Origin: Macrostomum lignano
Taxonomy: Eukaryota
Length of the DNA: 64,000 nucleotides
Assembly: GCA_002269645.1 (NCBI GenBank)
Contig: NIVC01000208.1
Span: 186,001-250,000, forward strand
Direction: 5' to 3'
The notes beneath the pieces were generated by a model that had not been told where the DNA came from, ran no database searches, and worked only from the letters and a program-made list of their open reading frames with translations. Each line of letters opens with the position of its first letter. The first letter of the stretch is position 1. The translations under genes were made by a program, and so were the position numbers. Of the stretch, positions 38,120 through 48,286 are shown piece after piece.

Positions 38120-40180
38120 TGATCATCAAAGATGTCCTCCCGCAAGCCTTTCACCATCTAACTAATGGTAGACCAGAAAAAAAGAAAAATTGTCTGGTAC
38201 GGCCCGGCATACACCTATTCCGGTGGTAGTCTGGAAGCCAATGAGGCCTGGTACCCGGAGTTAACCAAGCTAGTTACCTGGCTCCACGTCGAACTTGGGC
38301 TACCACTGTTCAACTCCGGCCTAGTAAATTTTTACGAATCGGGGCATGTTAACATCCCCTGGCACGCTGATGACGAGACCGAACTTGGCCCCAATCCGAC
38401 AATAGCCTCTATTTCGCTGGGAGCTACAAGAGAATTAGCCATTAGATCCAAGCAGTCCAAAAACATTGTTTTTAAGCAACCTCTCGAGTCTGGCAGTTTG
38501 TTGGTAATGAGTGGTGCAACTCAGAAATATTTTGAGCACAGCATCTACAAAGACCCTAAAGTAAAAGACATTCGCGTTAATCTCACCTTTCGAATGACTT
38601 CTGAAAATCTGGTCTCCGAGTCTCCAGCGCCCTCGTTGAACCCTTGCGTTCGCCAGTCGCAGGATCTCATCACTCCCACTGATGATCCCACTGATGATCA
38701 AAGTCATCTCTTGCGACCTTGATGACCAAGACTCTATTCGTAGAAAAGCTGAAGAAGAGCGAGTCAACCTAGAGAAAATCAGAAGGGCTAGCCAATCCAG
38801 CATTAAATCCAGCGCCAACAATAGCCAGTCCAGGCAGACCAAATCTGCACCAGTCATCTTCGAAGTCGCCCTGGAAGGAAATGATCCAATATAGTTTGAG
38901 TGGCTGCTAAAGACTAATTTCCGTAACGTAAGAATCAAATCAGTTAAAGATCTGTGCCACTCACCTGGCTACATTGTCCACCCTGAGCATCCCAGGGACT
39001 TCAATACGCTCTTAACAGCTCCAATGAAAATCAGCTCAATTAATGACTTTGAAGTCACCAGGCGCACTGCTGCTAAGAGACCTGTCCACCAAGCTAATGA
39101 CCAGCCGAGGGTTCGAGCCCCCCTCAAATCTCCGAACGTTCTCTCCTTCATTGTCCGTAACGTTCCGCTAGCGGTCGACGTAAGCGGTCTAGCCAAGCAC
39201 CTAAATGACTCTGACCAGCAACTCTCAATAGATGGAGCAGTTAGAATTATCTCCAAACAGACTGGCCAGCCGACTCCCTTCGTAAGGCTATTCACCAAGT
39301 GCCAAAGAGTAGTAGATAGCTGCATCCAACAGGGTATCTACCTAGGATTTGTGAAATATAGATGCGAAGAATCTAATAGTCTCCCGCCCGTCAGAGCTAT
39401 CCAGTGCAAGCGGTGCTCAGGACTCGGTCACCATGAGGCGCGCTGCACAGCAAACTATAGGTGCAACAAATGCGCTGGCAATCATTTCTCAATGGATTGC
39501 CCCAAAGACCAAGTCTTCAAGTGTGCAAATTGCGGCGAAAACCATCCGGCATTCTCATTCAAATGCTCTAAAGTCCGAGAGGCTAACGAATTGGCAACCC
39601 GCAAAGAACATGACCGAATCCGAAAGCAACAACAACAGCTGAGAGCCCATAAGCCAGAAAACAGCCAGACCCTTGGGGAAACCTTCGGCGTCCCTGGGCC
39701 AATCTCCTACGCAGATGCCATGCGTCCGCAGCCGGTTCTCGGGCCAATAGCCTTCTCTAACCGAGCTGCCAAAGCTGCCGAAGCCCAACGAGCATCATTC
39801 CCCGCCTCATCTGCCAATGCTGCCGCCGCCGCCTCAGTCGCCTCAGCCAACCAGAATGCTCTGTCTGATGCAATCAACACATTTGAGCCGCCAACAACTG
39901 CTCCAGCCAATCCGGTCATGATGCATCCAGGAGTTGAATCAACTAACCAAATAGGACCAAGTGAGAGGGGCTTTTTCTCTCGGGAAGATGTGCTCGATGT
40001 AGTGTTACAGGCGCTCGACCGACTCATGAACATTGAACAAGGACGGATGTTCACATCCTGGGAGGCGGGGCAATCGTCTTCCGGGTGGTGTCTGAAGTCG
40101 TTAGGGTGTTCAGGTGTCAAAGAGGGCCTGTTGCTGAGTCAGGGGACACCAAAGTCGTGCAAGCGAACGGAGGTGAAACC
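38120..40180 (+). pseudogene. Copy 3 ORF1: AlkB (N-terminus deleted) - linker - RRM-like - three CCHC knuckles - C-terminal domain
   Basis: WHADDE (38363), EHSI, RVNLTFR; a 37-bp insertion shifts the frame ~38665; ORFs 38682-38894 and 39024-40238 are the same frame separated by one TAG; FIVRNVP, CKRCSGLGHHEARC, CNKCAGNHFSMDC, CANCGENHPAFSFKC. Confidence 0.9.
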
Positions 40181-40272
40181 TGAACTCTCTTTCTATAGTC
40201 TGCTTAGCTCTGCTCTATTAATTCAACTCTCCTCGTAATACTTCTACGACTAAGACTAAAAGTCACTCTGTT

Positions 40273-42620
40273 GTGCGGGACTCCCTCATTATTGGACACC
40301 TGAACTGCAACGGGCTCAGCAACAAAATCTATGAGATAATCTCGTGGCTAAAAAATGAGGACTTAGACATAGGACTTTTCTCTGAAACTGGCTTAGTTGA
40401 CACAAACCCTTTCTTTGTCCAAGACTACGCCATCCTTAGATTTGATAAACCTCACTGTAGAAGAGGCCTCGCAGTTGCTTACAAAAATAATCTAAACATT
40501 ATGAATGTCAAAAAGTATTTTGATAACAGTAACCATGAGTTTATTAGCTTTGAGGTTTTCTTAAAGCATAATAGGCTAAACAAACTTAATATAGTCCTCT
40601 TCTACAGGGCGCCTAACCCTACCAAGCTAAACTGCGACATTCTAAAAAATCTTTTCACAAATTCCTCCACTTTGGTTATAGGGGACTTCAACTGTAACCA
40701 CTCTGCCCTAGGTGGAGACACAAATTACAATTACCCCGGCAGACAGCTCTTTGACTGGCTTGAAAACCACCCCAACCCCCCTATTTTATTAAATAACTAT
40801 GGTGAATTCAGCAGAGTGTGTAATCGTGGCGGCTCCCACACCGCTAATGAGCTGGACTTGGGGCTTTGCTCCCCCAATCTTGGTCCTCACACTAGTGAGG
40901 TTCCCATAGGTGATGACATGGATAGTGACACTTTCCCATCATCATAAAAGTTTACCTTGACCCAAACTGTAAAATTTCGAACCCCCCCCCTAAAAGCTTC
41001 TGGAGCACTGATTGGGAAACCTTCAGGGCTGTTCTCCAGGACAAACTCAGTGATAAACTAATCAACTATCTCAGGTTGGCCACTCCAGCTGAATTAGATA
41101 GGGCTGTAGACCTGCTAACCCAGGGCTTGCACGACACGATTGAGGAGGTGATCCCAAACAGAGATCCCCGCGGACAACTCCCCCCAGACATAATAGCAAA
41201 AATTAAACACAGGAGGAAACTTAGAAAACTCTTTAGAAACACCCGGATTGACCATTTTATGATTCAGGCGAATCAAGCCGCTAAGGAGATCAGGCTCGCC
41301 ATCCGTATGCATAGATATAGGAAGTTTGAAAAGTTATGCAAAAAAATTTCCAAAACCAGCTACCGAAATGAACCAAAATTTTTTTGGATTGATATAAAAA
41401 AATGACGGGGGAAGGTCCTAAACCGATCTCGTACCCCCCAATCGTTCTCAAGGATTCTGTTGCTGAAACTGAAGCTGAGAAAGCACAGGCCTTCAAGGAG
41501 TTCCTTGAGGCTCAGATGCGTCCCTGTCCAGACAGATCCTCCCAGCTCTATAAGAGAATTGAGGCCCAAAAAGATCATGAGATCTACAAACCCCATAACA
41601 TCTTAGCTGCGTTAACCTATCATAAAGACCATGCCGATCCTGATAATCCAGACAAAAAAGACATTAAAGCTGATATTCTCAACATCATAGATCAGGATGT
41701 TCTTTGGGAGAGTAGGAAGCTCAGGGCAGGAGGGGCTCCCGGGCCTGACAAGATTCCGAACATTGTCCTCAAATTTGGCCTGAGTCCAGACTCCATCAGA
41801 GTCCTTGCAAAGATCTTTAATGCTAGCTTCCTCCTTGGATACTTCCCCAAGCGATGGAAAATGGCTACTGTCAAAATGATACCCAAACCAAATAAACCTA
41901 AAAACCTCATTGATAGCTATAGGCCTATCAGCCTTACCTCTTGTTTAGGCAAGCTTTATGAAAAAACCTTAGCATGTCTGCTAAAATACTCAATGACTAC
42001 TTTATCCGACTCAAAAGGTGGCTTGATGCCGTTGGCATTACTATTAATCCCTCTAAAAGTAAAGCAATCTCCTTCTTTAAGGCGAATGGCAACAAAACAG
42101 GCCCGGGTGAACCCCTGATCAAACTTGGGAACAACATAATTAGTTATTATGACACTGTCACCTTTCTTGGAATGGTCCTAGACAAACAACTCAACTACAA
42201 ATCTCATATTAACAAGGTCGTTGGTTCTACCACAAATAAGGTTGCTGCGTTAGCCAGAATGGCAAAAAGAATCTCCCAGCACGGACTAGGACTGATCTAC
42301 AGGTCTTTCATTGAAAGTACCATCACTTACGGTGCTCCCATCCTTCTTAATCTTCCGACTTCCAAGTCAACAGAATTCAGGTACTCTAAAACAAGGCTCT
42401 GCGCATCTCCCTTGATGCTCCGCCTTACATAAAAAACTCTTACATCCACTTGGTCACCAACATGCCCATGATCAAATATCGCCTACTTAGCCTAGGGAAA
42501 AATGGTTCAAAAAGCGTTAGTGGTATTCACAAATTCAAAGATGACACCAAAGAATGGTTGAGACCCGGCTTTCGAGTCCCGGTCACAGCTGCGCTCAGGA
42601 AAAAACTTAATGGCTAATAG
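40273..42620 (+). pseudogene. Copy 3 ORF2: APE + RT with deletion removing the YADD core; multiple frameshifts
   Basis: IGHLNCNGL, IGDFNC; RPISLTSCLGKLYEKTLA joined at 41973/41974 to MSAKILNDYF; FLGMVLD. Confidence 0.9.
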
Positions 42621-43334
42621 CCAGATTCCTCTTAAAACAATATTGGTTGGAACGTCGAAGTCTTCAGCATTGGCTAGGCTGCAAGTTATCGCCTCCCTCA
42701 ACGTACCTGCAAGCCCTTATCTGACTGAGTTGTTATTCACTGAGTGAGTTATATTTATAGGACAAAGTTTGACTCGACTAGTTTTTGATTACATTATATA
42801 TATTTGCCGAACCTCTCTCCGGGAGAGAATCCAACCTTTACTGCAGGCGTATTCTAATTGATGACTAAGTATTAATCCAATGCAATTATTTTTGTATTCA
42901 AATTATTAAGACATCATATTTTTTAAAAATATTGCCAACTGTTTTACCTCATTTTTTCCAATATTGCTAAAAAACTTTTAATTTTGTCCAATATTGCTCA
43001 AATATTTTCTTTGTGTTTTATTCTTTGTTTTTAATCCTAAATTTATAAAAAAATGATCGTTTTAGTTTATTTCTCAAACTCTCAAATTCTTGTTTTACAC
43101 TTGACCTCATCTTTTGTTCCTTTTTATACTAGTATTATTTGTTAATAGCTACCCCAAATATTTGTTTTATGTAAATACTCCTCGATTTTATTTTTTTCCT
43201 AAATTGGACGACTATAACTTCTAATAATTCGAACATACGCGTAAAAATATAAAGTTGCGCAAGAGGCCTTCAAAGGGCTGAGGCGCAGGGCAACATTATA
43301 TTAGCCCCTACTTATTAAAGTAAAAAAAGTAAAA

Positions 43335-45697
43335 GTTGTTTTCATTTATTAATTTTGGCTTTATTTTGTCAACACTTAGTACTAGCATCAATCTGCAATG
43401 GAAGTAGAAGTCAATAGCAAAAGATGTGCCTCTAGAGACACTGACTCGCCGCCAGTCAGCACCAAGAAGGCCAACAACCGGTCCTCCTTCGGTCCAGACC
43501 AGAGGTCCTGTTCTGCGTCCTCCAGCAATGCGCCGACTTGTGTGCAACAGCAGACAGTGACTGAAGAACTTCATGTGGCCAGCGATGGTGAGAGCCAGCC
43601 TGTCAAGAGTAGTAAACTAGCAGACTTAGGAAAAGCAACTAAAATATTGATACTCAGTCTACCAGAACCAGACCTCACAGATGACAAAACTGGCCAGCCT
43701 TTAACTAACTGCAAAATTAGATATCTGCCAAATGCGCTCAAATCTTCTGAAGCCAAGCTAAATAAAATTTTAATGGAAGACATTTATCCAAACTCATGCC
43801 ACCATCTAACCAAGGGCAAGCCTGAGGCCAGGAAAATAGTTTGGTATGGGCTTGAGTACACCTACGGGGTACTAAGATTGAGTGCAACGACGCTTGGCAC
43901 CCAGTCGTCACTCACTTAGCCATTTGGCTTCACGTCGAGCTTAGATTGCCACTAGTAATTCGTGCCTGATCAACTTTTATAAAGATGGATCGGTAGCCAT
44001 CCCATGGCACTCTGACAACGAACCAGAGTTAGGCCACGACCCGACCATTGTGTCGGTGTCGCTGGGAGCTCAGCGAGACTTCCAGCTTAGGACTAAGGGC
44101 CAGAGCCAGAATATAGTCTACTCGCAGAGGCTTGCCAGTGGTAGCATCACGATAATGAGTGGGCTACGCAACGGTTCTTGCAACACTCAATCACAAAGGA
44201 CCTCAAAGTTAAGGAACCTCGAATTAATTTAACATTCAGAGTCACTAGTGATAACAGAATCTTCGACTCACCAGCTTCTTAGCCTGGCAATCCTTGCATC
44301 CAGCTTCCTGAAGAGGCCATCACCTGCGACCTCGATGACGCAGAGTCTGTACGCCGTATGGCCAGGCAGGAGGCTGAAAACATTAGCAAAATTAGATCAC
44401 GTTCCAGCAGTAACTCGAGGCGAAAAGCTAAATCCGACCAAACAGACCAAACTCAACCAGCCAATCAGCGGTCTCAAGCAACCACTCAGCAATCTAAACC
44501 TAACACTCAGCAGTCAGAATCTCAGAAGGTAGCTACTCAGCAGTCAAAGCCAAACACTCAGCAGCCAAACGCAGCCAATCAGCACACACAATCAGGCACT
44601 CAGCAACATTCGTCAAACACTCAGCAGAATCATGCAGCCAATCGGCACTCACAATCAGGCACGCAACAATCACTAGCAGCCACTCAGCCAGGCACTCAGC
44701 AGTCAAAATCAGTTACTCAGCAGTCACAACCAGTCACTCAGCAGTCACCACCAGGCTTACAGCAAACACAACGAGAGACGCAGCAGACACAATCAACCAA
44801 CCAATAAACTAATTTTGCAAACCAGACTCGACAGCCAGCTACGGCTAGCACTGTGAATTCCGTGCAGTCAACTAAACCTAAGCATCCAGACACTCAGCAA
44901 TCAAGCACCCACACTCAGCAGCCTAATAGCTACCATCTGCCAGCAACTCAGCAATCAACCACTCGCACTCAGCAGCCAAGCACTCACACTCAGCAGCCAC
45001 AAGCACGCACTCAGCAGTCAAACTCACAACAATCTAATAATTCTAAATTAACTAAAATTACGCCAGTTGTATTTGAGATGCCCTTTGAGGCCAAGAATCC
45101 TATTAAATTCAAACATTCAAAAAAATTAACTTTCCTAACACTTGCATCGTGTCAGTAAAAGAGCTGTATCATAGCTCAAGATACTACGTATTTACTAATT
45201 CTCCACACGACATGAACAACTTATTGACAACAACACTAAAAGTTAACGAAATTAATGGGCACACTGTCACTAGGCGCCTGCCTCAGGCCAACCGACACCT
45301 CTCATCAGGATGTTTACAAAGTCAAGGGCAACTTACGACACCTGCCTGGAGAACGGCATAAAGCTTGGGCACTGAAATTCCGGTGCGAAGAACCGCACAA
45401 CCTTCCACCGGTCAAGGAGATTCAGTGCCACAGGTGTCAAGGCCTTGGACACACCGAAAGCAGGTGCAACGCCGGTTTTGTGTGCAACGTGTGCCGGGAC
45501 GCACTATTCCGGCGACTGCCCCAAAGATACGGGCTTTAAGTGCGCTAATTGTGGGGGTGAAAACCCGGCGTTCTCCTTCAAATGCCCAAAGGTTCAGCAT
45601 GCAAATGAGAGGCGACTGAAAAAGAGCATCATAGGATTCAACTTTAAGACTTAAATTCGAACAGATGAAAATTAGAACCTACTCAAACACTAGCTGA
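43335..45697 (+). mobile_element. AlkB-carrying non-LTR retrotransposon, copy 4 (ORF1 only; truncated by LTR insertion)
   Basis: 5' motif gttgttttcatttatt; ATG 43398; WHSDNE (44008), LQHSI, RINLTFR (44220-44240); Q/S/T linker; CHRCQGLGHTESRC, CANCGGENPAFSFKC; frameshifted. Confidence 0.88.
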
Positions 45698-46074
45698 TGT
45701 AGTGAGCCGCTAGTTTATGGTTAGGCGTCGCCCTTGTCAGCTGTTCCCTCGCCCTCGCCCTGGGTTGCTGTCTGCCGCTGGTCACTTCCCTTAGGCTAAG
45801 GTCGCCAGCCAGTCGCTCGTCTCTCGCTCAGAGCTTCGGCTGTAGCTCTCGTTTGCTCCCGCCGTTTTCCCTGTCTTGGAGCAAGTCAATGACACCTTGC
45901 GTTCTTTGAACTTAAAGTGCAGTAAACATGTTTACTCACTCGTTCTGTACCTGAGTCAATGCTTTCATCCCTTCCTAAGGAGGGATCACTCTGAAAAATA
46001 GCAACTGTCACGCCGCGTATCTGGCCAGGGTAGGACTCAGCTAAAAATAGCAAAATTCACGAGGTCTCGCGCGC

Positions 46075-47199
46075 ACCACAGCCAACTCAGCACGTCAGTT
46101 CAAACTCAGCAGAGTCAGAGCCAATCGCAGCCAAAATCAGGCACGCCAATCAGCACCACAATCAGGCCTCAGCAACTTCGTCAAACACTCAGTTACTCAT
46201 GCAGTCACTCAAATCAGTCACGCTCACTAGCAGCACTCAGCCAGGCACTCAGTCAAAACAGACTCAAGTCAACCAGTCACTCAGCAGTCAACCAGGCTTA
46301 CTACAAACACAACGAGCCAGCAGACTCAACCAGACCAACAAACTAATTTTGCAAACCAGACTCTCAGCTACGGCTAGCACTGTGAATTCCGTGCAGTCAT
46401 CTAAGCATCCAGACAAGCAATCAAGCCCCACACTCAGCAGCCTAAGCTACCACTGCCAGCAGCACAACCACGCACTCAGCAGTCAAGCACTCACACTCAG
46501 CAACAAGCACGCACTCAGCAGTCAAACTAATCTAATAATTCTAAATTAACTAAAATTACGCCAGTTGTATTTGAGATGCCCTTTGAGGCCAAGAATCCTA
46601 TTAAATTCAAACATTCAAAAAAATTAACTTTCCTAACACTTGCATCGTGTCAGTAAAAGAGCTGTATCATAGCTCAAGATACTACGTATTTACTAATTCT
46701 CCACACGACATGAACAACTTATTGACAACAACACTAAAAGTTAACGAAATTAATGGGCACACTGTCACTAGGCGCCTGCCTCAGGCCAACCGACACCTCT
46801 CATCAGGATGTTTACAAAGTCAAGGGCAACTTACGACACCTGCCTGGAGAACGGCATAAAGCTTGGGGCACTGAAATTCCGGTGCGAAGAACCGCACAAC
46901 CTTCCACCGGTCAAGGAGATTCAGTGCCACAGGTGTCAAGGCCTTGGACACACCGAAAGCAGGTGCAACGCCGGTTTTGTGTGCAACGTGTGCCGGGACG
47001 CACTATTCCGGCGACTGCCCCAAAGATACGGGCTTTAAGTGCGCTAATTGTGGGGGTGAAAACCCGGCGTTCTCCTTCAAATGCCCAAAGGTTCAGCATG
47101 CAAATGAGAGGCGACTGAAAAAGAGCATCATAGGATTCAAGCTTTAAGACTTAAATTCGAACAGACTAGAAAATTAGAACCTACTTAAACACTAGCTGA
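46075..47199 (+). repeat. Second copy of a ~1.5-kb tandem duplication (copy 4 linker + ORF1 zinc knuckles); the first copy also carries a degraded LTR 5' end at 45698-46075
   Basis: gtgaattccgtgcagtca at 44852 and 46382; tgtagtgagcc at 45698 and 47200; identical ORF translations 45149 vs 46647. Confidence 0.9.
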
Positions 47200-48194
47200 T
47201 GTAGTGAGCCGCTAGTTTATGGTTAGGCGTCGCCCTTGTCAGCTGTTCCCTCGCCCTCGCCCTGGGTTGCTGTCTGCCGCTGGTCAGCTTCCCGCCCCCC
47301 TTTTGTCTGCTTGTTGTCGCCCGCCCTTTTGTCGCTCGGTTGCGTCTCTGTTCTCATCCCCCAGCCTCTCGGCTGTTAGCTGTCTCTGTTTCGCTCCCGT
47401 CCCGTTTTCCCTGTCTTGTGAGCAAGTCACATGACAGTTCTTGCGTTCTTTGAGTCTTAAAGTGCAGTAAACATGTTTACTGCACTCGTTGGCCCTGTTT
47501 ACCGGGTGAGTCACGTGCTTTCGGACCCCTCCCTTCTCTAAGGAGAGGAGTGACTCATGTTGCTAAAAATAGCAACTGAGTCACAGCCGCGTGTACTCTG
47601 GCCGGGGACCTCAAGTGACGTCAGTTCTAAAAATAGAACAATTCACGAGGTCTTCCGCGCGCTTGTACCCTGCCCGAGACTCTCGAGTGACGTCAGTTCT
47701 AAAAATAGAACAAGTCACGAGGTCTTGAGCGCGGGTGCTTCCCGGCTATAAATAGGAGCCCTCTCCCCCTTGTTTCCGTCAAGGAGTCTTCTTTCTGTTC
47801 AACCTCGAGTTCTACGTCTGCGTGTGACTAAATCCCGAGTGTCTGAGCCTTTGCGCATATTGATTCTATTCCTATTGCTCCGACTGAAACCCGACCAAGT
47901 CAACCCAAGTCTACGAGAGGCTAACTCAGCCCTCCCTCTACCATCCTAGCCCGGCAGGTACTGCTGACGAGACGCCCTATTCGTTGCGCTCTAAATCTGC
48001 ACGCTGTGCTGTGTTCGTTGACATCATTATTTCGTTCCGACGGGAAGCTCACCTCACCGAAGGCCGAGACCTGAAGGAACTGGTGGCAGCACTACCTACG
48101 CTACTGAGAGTTGAGAGAACTTCCCACTGAAGAGGCTCGAGTCTTAAGGTAATCCTTAAGTGCCTAAACCGGCAAGAAACCCAACTGTACTTCA
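47200..48194 (+). mobile_element. 5' LTR of a Gypsy element (~995 bp)
   Basis: TGTAG...CTTCA ends, TATAAATA 47747, followed by PBS and gag. Confidence 0.75.
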
Positions 48195-48195
48195 C

Positions 48196-48215
48196 TGGTG
48201 ACGCAGCGGTGAGAT
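48196..48215 (+). other. Primer binding site, tRNA-Leu-like
   Basis: TGGTGacGCAGCGGTGAGAT resembles the complement of a tRNA-Leu 3' end (TGGTGGCAGCGGTGGGAT) with a 2-nt insertion; starts 1 nt after the LTR CA. Confidence 0.55.
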
Positions 48216-48286
48216 CCGACTACGACACACCCAAGCCAACCTCTCTTTCGAGAACGACATCGGCCAGTAACTACTACGAGTTCAAC

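Larger units (their letters stand above)
37820..43334 (+). mobile_element. AlkB-carrying non-LTR retrotransposon, copy 3 (most complete ORF1 core; RT core deleted)
   Basis: 5' motif gttgttttcctttattc; AlkB 38120-38600; RRM + 3 CCHC; APE-RT 40273-42620; 3' hairpins 43256-43312. Confidence 0.92.
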
